In this document: piece by piece, positions 8,407-15,224 of the stretch | How positions within the stretch are numbered: position 1 is the first letter of the stretch | How the letters are laid out: each line of letters opens with the position of its first letter | Assembly: GCA_963665785.1 (NCBI GenBank) | Contig: OY762456.1 | Location: forward strand, 1,168,308-1,200,307 | Origin: Pseudomonadales bacterium | Lineage (GTDB): Bacteria; Pseudomonadota; Gammaproteobacteria; Pseudomonadales; Azotimanducaceae | Length of the DNA stretch: 32,000 nucleotides | Direction: 5' to 3' | Position numbers and translations under genes: made by a program | The notes under the pieces: model-generated | Told to the model about the DNA's origin: nothing | Database searches by the model: none | What the model saw: only the letters and a program-made list of their open reading frames with translations

Positions 8407-8860
8407 GAGGATTACGTTATGCAAGCCTATCCAGTTGTGGTCTACAAAGACCCAGACTCGGACTACGGTACCGAAGTACCGGACCTGCCCGGGTGCTATT
8501 CAGCAGGCACGACGGTATCTGAAGCATTGCAGCAGGCCAGGGAAGCCATCTATGCACACCTCGAAGGCATGGCAAAAGATGCAGAAGTCGCACCCCAAGC
8601 TTCTGATCTGTCTGATATACGGGAGTTGGACAACTACGACGACGCGTTCACTTTTGCCGCGGTTGAGATCGATGTCAGTAAGGTATCAGTGGAGACAGCG
8701 CGGGTTAACATCATGCTCCCGAAGTGGCTGATCTCGAGCATCGATGCCACCGAGCCAAATCTCTCACGTTTTCTGGAGGAAAGCGCGATTAAGGCGCTGC
8801 AGGAAAAACAGCGCAAGGATGTAGCGTATTAAGATAGTGTGCAATCACTCGTGGTGCTGC
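8382..8860. repeat. Copy A of a ~480-bp direct repeat (last codons of hicA, hicB and ~28 bp downstream)
   Basis: Aligned by eye with 13451-13930. Identity is well above 90%. Boundaries are at acagtccggcgtg... and ...gtggtgctgc. Confidence 0.85.
8419..8832 (+). CDS. hicB: HicB-family antitoxin (N-terminal HicB fold plus C-terminal ribbon-helix-helix), copy 1
   Basis: 137-aa ORF with a GGAGG RBS 8 nt upstream. YPVVVYKDPDSDYGTEVPDLPGCYSAG is the hallmark HicB N-terminus. The C-terminal RVNIMLPKWLISSID...FLEESAIKAL is RHH-like. Confidence 0.85.
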   Translation: MQAYPVVVYKDPDSDYGTEVPDLPGCYSAGTTVSEALQQAREAIYAHLEGMAKDAEVAPQASDLSDIRELDNYDDAFTFAAVEIDVSKVSVETARVNIMLPKWLISSIDATEPNLSRFLEESAIKALQEKQRKDVAY

Positions 8861-9298
8861 ACTGACATCTTCGGCGGCGAGTTACAGACCGAGTCGGCCG
8901 TGTCGCATAATCCGGGAACCGTGGCCGCGAAACCCATGCACAGTCTTTTAGCGGCCTGGTGCGCGAACTCTGAACCTGACTCCCCCTCCGGTCATTACCG
9001 GCGCTTGTACCCAATCCTCGATAACTAACGTCAAAGACAGGCTCTGATTGGGGATCCAGTAAAGGAAAGGATCCAGGGGTTTTTGCTTTTCCTGCAAGTT
9101 GCGAGGAGAACGGCACTGGATCCTCTTGTTCGCAAGGATGACAAATGAGGACTATTTTCATACCAATGATGTAAGGGGGTTATGAACATATCAATGACGC
9201 CGCGACACACGCAAGAGAAACGAGAATGAACCGTTTCAGTTCGACGTATCTGAGGGATATACTTTGGCAATTCATCTCGTCATGTGAGGAGAAAGGCG

Positions 9299-9547
9299 AT
9301 GGTGACCAAGGTTCAGAAATGGGGAAACAGTCAGGGACTCTGGATCACGAAGAAATTGCTGGACGAAGCCCGGATGAACATTGGTGACGAAGTAAAGATC
9401 TCTGTCCGGGAGGGGCGGATTATCGTTGAACCCGTGACCAAAGTGCGGGGGAGACATGATCTGATGGTGTTGGTATCCAAAATGCCGAAAAAGTATCAGA
9501 CTGAAGAACAAGACTGGGGACCACCTGTCGGAAAGGAAGTGTGGTAG
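9299..9547 (+). CDS. mazE: MazE/PemI-type antitoxin (AbrB/SpoVT fold)
   Basis: MVTKVQKWGNSQGLWITKKLLDEARMNIGDEVKISVREGRIIVEPV is a typical SpoVT-AbrB swapped-hairpin motif. The ATG at 9299 is preceded by GAGGAG, whereas the ORF track starts at 9284. Confidence 0.85.
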   Translation: MVTKVQKWGNSQGLWITKKLLDEARMNIGDEVKISVREGRIIVEPVTKVRGRHDLMVLVSKMPKKYQTEEQDWGPPVGKEVW

Positions 9548-9889
9548 ATGCCCAAATACGTCCCTGAAAAGGGGATTTGATGATCTTGTCCTTCGACCCG
9601 CAGGCCGGACGTGAGCAAAGAGGGCGTCGCCCGGCACTGGTTGGCAGTAACAACCTTTTCAACCGCCATACGGAGCTTGCCATGGTGTGCCCCATCACCA
9701 GGACATTCACCCTTTCATGTGGCAATCCCCGACGAGTCGTCCCTGACGGGGTACATAATGGTCGAACAGATCAAGTCCGTTGATGCTGCAAGGCGACGGG
9801 TGAAGTTTGTTGAAAAAGCACCTGGAGTAGTTCTTGACGAGGTTCTGAGCATCTTGGATGCATGTCTCTATGAGCCTGATCAAGAATAA
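9548..9889 (+). pseudogene. mazF: mazF/pemK-type toxin pseudogene with two frameshifts
   Basis: The ATG lies directly after the mazE stop. MazF-like sequence is spread over frames 2, 1 and 2. These read MPKYVPEKG(stop), then DLMILSFDPQAGREQRGRRPALVGSNNLFNRHTELAMVCPIT, then PFHVAIPDESSLTGYIMVEQIKSVDAARRRVKFVEKAP. Confidence 0.8.
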
Positions 9890-9993
9890 GTTTCCCTTGC
9901 CCCGTAGGGGACGACCCCCCGTAACGAGTATGTTTTCCAGGTAGAAAGGAAACCGGAAAATACTTATGGATTCCCAATACTCGACAGACTTCG

Positions 9994-10026
9994 TTTTGCG
10001 GTTCCAGTGTCCCTTTGGCTACTTAG
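9994..10026. repeat. Left copy of a 33-nt imperfect direct repeat bracketing the IS
   Basis: ttttgcggttccagtgtccctttggctacttag matches 11942-11974 at 30 of 33 positions. Confidence 0.8.
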
Positions 10027-10052
10027 GACCCGCGCAAGAATAAGTTCCGGTA

Positions 10053-10967
10053 TTAAGCGTGCTGGATGGTGTAGTTCCATCGGGGGAGGTCCTTGTCCTT
10101 GGTGACTTTCAGTTGCTTCATTTGGGCATCGGTAATTTTAATGCCCTTGGGGTAGGCCTTGCACACCTGTTCGGCACGAACGCGCAGACCGGTGGCAGTG
10201 GTGGTCGTACGGATGTAGTTGAGGATAGTTTCAAGGCTGTCGAGCGGCTGTCCAGCCCAGTGCTTGCTGATTTCGCTGAACAGTCGATGTTCAATCGGAT
10301 TCCACTTTGAAGCACCGGTCGGATAGTGAGCGACGGTAACGGTGAGGCCATGCCGATTACAGAGCTGGTGTTGTAGACCGTACTTCCAAGCGCGACAAAC
10401 GCAACCGTTGCTGCCACCACCGTCAGCGAGGATCGTCAGGTGCCTGGCATCGGCATAACGCTGACAACCCTCGGTGCGCCACCACGTCTCGACACAGTCG
10501 ACGGCGAACCCGGGGGTGTCGTGGGAGGTACCCACGAACACCGTGCCCAGGTTAGCCTGAACATCGTAGATGCCATACGGCACGGCGCGGGCATCGGCAT
10601 CAGAGCGGAAGTCGTGGTCGTTAACGCGCACCGGTTCGCGGTCCCACTTGGCGCCGGGGTTTTTGAATGCACCGACCAACTCCTTTTTCTTGGTATCGAT
10701 GCTGATGATGGGGCTGCCTTGTGTGGCACAACGTTCGCGCAATGCGGAGATACGCTCAAATTGGGCGTCGCGGTTGGGGTGTGGCGTCCCGCAACAACGC
10801 TGCTTGTGGTTGACCCGAAGCGAGAAGTCCATTTGTTTGAGTAGCCGGGCAACGCTACGAGCGCAGATCTCGATACCCAGCGCACGCAACTCAGTGGCAA
10901 TGCGCTCGGTAGTGCGCCGGGTCCACTTCAGGCCGCTGATGGGATCCCCCGCGGTCTCATGCGCCAT
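10053..10967 (-). CDS. ISAzo13-family transposase, DDE catalytic part (orfB)
   Basis: 304 aa with GDPISGLKWTRRT, AVPYGIYDV, LADGGGSNG, HYPTGASKWNPIEHRLFSEIS and PRWNYTI. These are the hallmark blocks of the DDE_Tnp_ISAZ013 (Rhodopirellula transposase) family. Confidence 0.9.
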   Translation of the reverse strand: MAHETAGDPISGLKWTRRTTERIATELRALGIEICARSVARLLKQMDFSLRVNHKQRCCGTPHPNRDAQFERISALRERCATQGSPIISIDTKKKELVGAFKNPGAKWDREPVRVNDHDFRSDADARAVPYGIYDVQANLGTVFVGTSHDTPGFAVDCVETWWRTEGCQRYADARHLTILADGGGSNGCVCRAWKYGLQHQLCNRHGLTVTVAHYPTGASKWNPIEHRLFSEISKHWAGQPLDSLETILNYIRTTTTATGLRVRAEQVCKAYPKGIKITDAQMKQLKVTKDKDLPRWNYTIQHA

Positions 10968-11752
10968 CAGCGCCTGGATTTTGGCGATGACTTCCGGCGT
11001 TTTTTTTCCACCGACGGACGTCCACCACCCGCCCGGCGCACCCGATCAAACGCCACATCCTGTGCCAACAACTCACGCCGTCCGCGGGCGATGGTGCCCC
11101 TATCGAGTCCGATGAGGTCGGCCATGCGTTGGTCGCCACCACGCCCGCTCTTCAACGACTCAAGCCCCGCATAGAGACGGCGCTGCTGCTCGTCGAGTAA
11201 GCTGACAAACAACACCAGCGCCGCGCTGAGTTCATCCGGGATCACGTCTGCACCGGGGAACGCCTTGGCGATACCCGGTTCGGCCAGCAGCGCGCGGCGA
11301 CGCCGCAACTGCTGTGTTTTACGCCCCGGCGCAGCGGCACAATACAGGAATTGCCCGGTGAGTTGCTCCCGTGTCAGGCGTACGTCAAGAACCAGTTTGC
11401 GCAACACGTCTTTGGTCCCGACATGGAGCACGTTGTCCAGTTCGTCGACAAAATAGCCAGCGTCCGACGCTTGCACCATCTCGGCGGCGGTCGTCAGCAA
11501 GGTGTCATGGCTCGAAAACCAAACATCCTGGTAGGACCACAGACCGAGCGCATCGAAGTGGGTTAACTCATCGAGTGTGTAATAGCGGCCACGATGCGAA
11601 TAACTGCTACGGTAAGCCAGCGTCCTGAGTTTACGAAACACGGTTCGTTTGGCATCGGTACCCAGCGCCGCCATCAACTCGGGCAGGGTTGCGATAGTTT
11701 GTCGACGCAACAAGGTGGTGAGGTGATCGGTAGAGAATTCGGCTGGACGCAT
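10967..11752 (-). CDS. ISAzo13-family transposase, N-terminal HTH part (orfA)
   Basis: 261 aa. The C-terminal portion (LDEQQRRLYAGLESLKSGRGGDQRMADLIGLDRGTIARGRRELL...RVRRAGGGRPSVEKK) matches the usual N-terminal DNA-binding region of ISAzo13 transposases. It ends shortly after the A8 run. Confidence 0.85.
   Translation of the reverse strand: MRPAEFSTDHLTTLLRRQTIATLPELMAALGTDAKRTVFRKLRTLAYRSSYSHRGRYYTLDELTHFDALGLWSYQDVWFSSHDTLLTTAAEMVQASDAGYFVDELDNVLHVGTKDVLRKLVLDVRLTREQLTGQFLYCAAAPGRKTQQLRRRRALLAEPGIAKAFPGADVIPDELSAALVLFVSLLDEQQRRLYAGLESLKSGRGGDQRMADLIGLDRGTIARGRRELLAQDVAFDRVRRAGGGRPSVEKKRRKSSPKSRR
11000..11007 (-). other. A8 run (T8 on the plus strand) at the orfA/orfB junction; candidate -1 frameshift or transcriptional slippage site
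   Basis: The minus strand reads GTG GAA AAA AAA CGC. Shifting -1 on A AAA AAA gives ...VEKK-TPEVIAKIQALMAHETAGDP..., joining orfA and orfB into one ~566-aa protein. Confidence 0.6.
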
Positions 11753-11757
11753 ATGAT

Positions 11758-11792
11758 GTCACCATTACGATTATAATAAGCGTAATGGTGAC
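11758..11792 (-). promoter_or_regulatory. Perfect 12-bp-stem hairpin just upstream of the transposase ATG, with TATAAT in the loop
   Basis: gtcaccattacg / attataataag / cgtaatggtgac. On the minus strand the loop reads cttatTATAAT. The 3' arm contains GGTGA 6 nt before the ATG at 11752. Confidence 0.5.
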
Positions 11793-11941
11793 ATAATTAT
11801 GATGACTTAACAATGGATCAGCATCAAAAAGACGCTAAATAGCGCAAAAGGCAACTCCAAGGACAATCTCAAAATATCCCTGATGCGGCAGTATTAAGAC
11901 GTTTTAGAGGATGTTATTTTTGCGTCGACCCTTAGTGGTTA

Positions 11942-11974
11942 TTTTGCGGTTCCAGTGTCCCATGGGCTACTCAG
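11942..11974. repeat. Right copy of the 33-nt imperfect direct repeat bracketing the IS
   Basis: ttttgcggttccagtgtcccatgggctactcag overlaps the stop codon and last codons of the esterase gene 11967..13136. Confidence 0.8.
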
Positions 11975-13136
11975 TGGTTATGGCGATTTCTATTTTTTCG
12001 TCTGCCCGAATTTCCACCACCAGCGGCTCCGTAGATCCGGGACTCGACTTTGTATAGTGCTCGGGACCATCCATTGAGTACTTGCCCTTGGTCATGTCCG
12101 TGAGATTTTTGGAAAGGATATGAACTTCGATGCGATGCAGGCCGGGAACAGGACCGTTGGCAGCATCAATGTTGAACTTTCCTGAAGAAAAAACCCATGT
12201 ACCTGGGGCGTTTGGGTCTACGGGTATGAAGGTGATTCCACCCCAGGTCAAGGGCTTACCATCAACGGTGACGACACCACTTACTGCAATACGTTTCTTA
12301 TTGGTGAGAAACCCGGAGGTTTTAAGCCAGTTTGCAAGCAGATTTGACCATTGACCCATGGATGGATCACCTGGCGCAAGGCCGGCGCCATGTTTACCGC
12401 TTGCGAACACGTGCATCTCTGCAGGAACGCCGTTGTCCAGTAACGCCTCATAGAAAGGCAGGTTACTTTTGATGCGTGGCGCCAAGTCTTCATGGGTTGC
12501 CACCAAAAATGCAGGTGGTGATTCCGGCGTGACAAGTTTTGCAAGTCCTTCAGCGATCACCGGATATATGGGTACCGTGAAGTCTGGTCGACTGCTCACA
12601 CGGTCAACAGGATCTGTGGCATCGGGATTGCCTGCGTCGTACCTGATCGCCGCTCCTGTTGCCAGGTGTCCGCCTGCAGAGAAGCCCAGTATACCGATGC
12701 GGCCGGGATCAATTTCGAATGAGCTGGCGTTGTGCCGGGTGTAGCGAATGGCGCGCTGCACGTCGAGCAGAGCGATGGTGGGTTCATAGTTTGGTCGTAG
12801 CCGGTAACGCAACACAAAAGCTGCTACACCGATGGAATTCAGCCATCGCGCGACATGGAGACCCTCATTGTCTGAAGCGAGCTTTGAGAATCCTCCACCA
12901 GGAAAAATAACAATGGCTGCCCCCGTTGCCTTGTCTTCCGCAGGCAGATGGATCGTCAGCCTCGGTCGGTCAATTTCCTCAGTTCCTGTGGACTGGGGTG
13001 CTCCCTCTGGCCACAGCAATACGGAGGAATCGTGAAGCTTTTCATTTCCCATCATTGACATAGATGTCAGCATCAAACAGAGAATATACAAGATTCTCAT
13101 CATCATACTCCACTGGCCATAGCAACCGCGTTGCAC
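11967..13136 (-). CDS. Secreted alpha/beta-hydrolase (esterase/lipase, fold-3/BD-FAE-like) with a C-terminal carboxypeptidase-regulatory-like beta domain
   Basis: 389-aa ORF with a signal-like N-terminus (MMMRILYILCLMLTSMSMM). The oxyanion region is IVIFPGGGF and the nucleophile elbow is GFSAGGHLA. The C-terminal VSGVVTVDGKPLTWGGITFIP is typical of a CarboxypepD_reg-like domain. Confidence 0.8.
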   Translation of the reverse strand: MQRGCYGQWSMMMRILYILCLMLTSMSMMGNEKLHDSSVLLWPEGAPQSTGTEEIDRPRLTIHLPAEDKATGAAIVIFPGGGFSKLASDNEGLHVARWLNSIGVAAFVLRYRLRPNYEPTIALLDVQRAIRYTRHNASSFEIDPGRIGILGFSAGGHLATGAAIRYDAGNPDATDPVDRVSSRPDFTVPIYPVIAEGLAKLVTPESPPAFLVATHEDLAPRIKSNLPFYEALLDNGVPAEMHVFASGKHGAGLAPGDPSMGQWSNLLANWLKTSGFLTNKKRIAVSGVVTVDGKPLTWGGITFIPVDPNAPGTWVFSSGKFNIDAANGPVPGLHRIEVHILSKNLTDMTKGKYSMDGPEHYTKSSPGSTEPLVVEIRADEKIEIAITTE

Positions 13137-13450
13137 GTTTCCGCAGTATTGCCCAACTTCTCAAACATAGCGAGCGCTGAACCTGAAAACTGTGACCCTT
13201 TTATGGACCCATGGCATAATCTGTGGTCCAAGCCACTCGCGGTCTATCTTTACATGGATGAGTTGGAACAACGTATTGCAGATAAAGAAACCTGGACCTT
13301 CAGGGAATGTGTAGGTTTGGCCGCCGAATTCAATGTGAAGACGCGCATGGTGGTCCTCATGGTGTACCAGCTTGGAAAAACCTACATCGATAGTGACAGG
13401 GACGACTCATCCAACAAATGACCCTTCGCAACGGCCGGCCGGGGTAGAAG

Positions 13451-13930
13451 ACAGTCCGGCGTGAAAATGAGGTAGGAGGATTACGTTATGCAAGTCTATC
13501 CAGTTGTGGTCTACAAAGACCCAGACTCGGACTACGGTATCGAAGTACCGGACCTGCCCGGGTGCTATTCAGCAGGCGCGACGCTATCTGAAGCATTGCA
13601 TCAGACCAGGGAAGCCATCTATGCACACCTCGAAGGCATGGCAAAAGATGCAGAAGTCGCACCTGAAGCTTCTGACCTGTCTGACATACGGGAGTTGGAC
13701 AACTGCACCGACGCGTTCGCTTTTGCCGCGGTTGAGATCGATGTCAGTAAGGTATCAGTGGAGACAGCGCGGGTTAACATCATGCTCCCGAAATGGCTGA
13801 TCTCGAGCATCGATGCCACCGAGCCAAATCGCTCACGTTTTCTGGAGGAAAGCGCGATTAAGGCGCTGCAGGAAAAACAACGCAAGGATGTAGCGTAGTA
13901 AGATAGTGTGCAATCACCGCGTGGTGCTGC
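13451..13930. repeat. Copy B of the ~480-bp direct repeat (hicB region)
   Basis: It aligns with 8382-8860. Only the last ~8 codons of hicA (..QSGVKMR*) are retained upstream of hicB here. Confidence 0.85.
13488..13898 (+). CDS. hicB: HicB-family antitoxin, copy 2 (no hicA partner)
   Basis: 136-aa ORF. It is 125/136 identical to copy 1, with the same GGAGG RBS. Confidence 0.85.
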   Translation: MQVYPVVVYKDPDSDYGIEVPDLPGCYSAGATLSEALHQTREAIYAHLEGMAKDAEVAPEASDLSDIRELDNCTDAFAFAAVEIDVSKVSVETARVNIMLPKWLISSIDATEPNRSRFLEESAIKALQEKQRKDVA

Positions 13931-13949
13931 CAGGACACTGCTCAAGATT

Positions 13950-14360
13950 TTACAAAGTCATCCGAGGGATAAGGAGAATAAACCAGTGCGTCGTGAAGGT
14001 GTCATCACTCAGTGTGTGAAATTCCCACCCGTTAACTGTCGTTCCGTGCCTGATTACTGTGTTCCTGGAAGAGCTCTGTCCACAAACCATGCGGCCGTTG
14101 GTTAGTTGCACAAGTGCGGCAAACTCCTGGATGATGGCACCCGGCGTTCTCGAGAATACATTGAGAATCTCCGTGCCGATCTGAATGCCTTCGGTCTGCA
14201 TGGCCAGGAACGTCATCCACGGGATCAATGATGGGCTCCAGGATTCACCGGTAGTGACCAGCTCGCATCCGAGCGATTCTGCAATCTGTACCTTTTCCAG
14301 CGATGTTCGCCAATCGTTGCCTGCACCCACCGATACACCTTTTCTCATGATCGTACCCAT
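13950..14360 (-). pseudogene. LLM-class (luciferase-like) flavin-dependent oxidoreductase, 5' fragment only
   Basis: MRKGVSVGAGNDWRTSLEKVQIAESLGCELVTTGESWSPSLIPWMTFLAMQTEGIQIGTEILNVFSRTPGAIIQEFAALVQLTNGRMV.G matches the first ~130 aa of LLM oxidoreductases, which are ~330 aa. Similarity is lost before the ORF ends, next to repeat copy B. Confidence 0.6.
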
Positions 14361-14373
14361 GTTGTATTCAGAT

Positions 14374-14640
14374 TCAATCCGGCAAGCCCAGAACGCGTTT
14401 GGCGATAATATTGAGCTGTACTTCCGAACTGCCACAGGCAATGAGATATCTCTTGCTCAGCAACATCTTGCGCGTTGCCGTTAGTTCGTCTTCACGAAAG
14501 GTGTTACCTTGCCACCCCATATCCTGTGCGCCCATCAGCGCAACGGTGGCGTCCAGGCCAGCACTTTCCAGCCTGGTTGACAGGCATTTGAAGGTCGATG
14601 TTGCAATTGTTGCGGTGCCGCGTGTTTCTTTTTCCGCTGC
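14374..14640 (-). pseudogene. Acyl-CoA dehydrogenase, C-terminal fragment only
   Basis: The minus-strand frame ends ...ALMGAQDMGWQGNTFREDELTATRKMLLSKRYLIACGSSEVQLNIIAKRVLGLPD*. This matches the ACAD C-terminal signature (..IyGGTsEiQrNIIaerVLGLP). No N-terminal or middle domain is present. The upstream limit is approximate. Confidence 0.55.
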
Positions 14641-15076
14641 AGCGCGTTGCTGGGGAGATCAAGTCCTTGACTCGATTACAGGTGAATCCTGAGAAACGCA
14701 CTGTTCATCTTATGGAAACCAAGAATGGATCGGTTCGGACTGTTCCACTCACTCGACAGGCGACAGAGGTCTTCTACACGGCATTAAACTATCCTGAGCG
14801 ACGGACCTCATCTTCTTGGGTGAGCTTGGGCAGGACGGTATCCGCCGCCCATACGAGTTCCGACCTGCTTGGCACGGTACCCTAAAGAAAGTCGGCATCG
14901 AAGGCCTGCGTATCCATTATCTTCGCCATGAAGCGGTCTCGCTCCTGGTCGAGGCAGGTCTATGGGACCAGGAGGTGTCTGCGATCTCCGGGCACAAGTC
15001 CATGCAGATGCTCAATTGTTACTCCCATCTGTGTGCAGAGGACTTGGTGGAACGTTTGGACGGGTCATTGGATTAG
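14637..15076 (+). pseudogene. Tyrosine recombinase (phage-type integrase), N-terminally truncated and frameshifted
   Basis: Two overlapping frames carry the homology. These read GEIKSLTRLQVNPEKRTVHLMETKNGSVRTVPLTRQATEVF and then GQDGIRRPYEFRPAWHGTLKKVGIEGLRIHYLRHEAVSLLVEAGLWDQEVSAISGHKSMQMLNCYSHL. HxLRH, GH and the catalytic Tyr are recognisable. The SAM-like and arm-binding N-terminal half is absent. Confidence 0.75.
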
Positions 15077-15171
15077 TTGGGTAAGTTAACAAGTTCTCCG
15101 AAATATAGGCAAGTGATTAACAAAGGAGGCCCAGCACGATTGTTTGATTTTAAATTCGGTTTAACTATTTA

Positions 15172-15203
15172 CAGTGCTATTCAGTACTGCTATGCTCAGT
15201 ACT
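15172..15203 (+). promoter_or_regulatory. Three CAGTRCT repeats (two with an AGTACT palindrome core) in an AT-rich leader
   Basis: cagtgct at 15172-15178, cagtact at 15182-15188 and cagtact at 15197-15203. These lie 20-50 nt upstream of the ATG at 15225. Confidence 0.35.
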
Positions 15204-15224
15204 TAATAGTTTAGGGAAACTGTC

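Larger units (their letters stand above)
10022..11935 (-). mobile_element. ISAzo13-family insertion sequence (~1.9 kb), apparently complete
   Basis: It contains the two transposase ORFs. The ends were read by eye as imperfect inverted repeats: cttaggacccgcgcaagaataagttcc (10022->) against ctaagggtcgacgcaaaaataacatcc (reverse complement from 11935), 19 of 27 matches. The exact ends are uncertain. Confidence 0.65.

Noticed and set aside
8829-9270. Minus-strand ORFs of 110 and 79 aa between hicB and mazE
   Set aside because: They show no RBS, no motifs and low-complexity composition. The region is more likely non-coding or eroded sequence.
13006-13017. ctctggccaca, an 10-11-nt match to the 3' acceptor end of tRNA-Phe, considered as a possible distal att site
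   Set aside because: The match is too short to distinguish from chance. It lies inside the coding sequence of the esterase gene and has no flanking integrase or island boundary.
13131-13421. 96-aa plus-strand ORF between the esterase gene and hicB copy 2
   Set aside because: Its start overlaps the esterase start codon region. It has no RBS and no recognisable family. It could be real from the internal Met (MDPWHNLW...) but I cannot support it.
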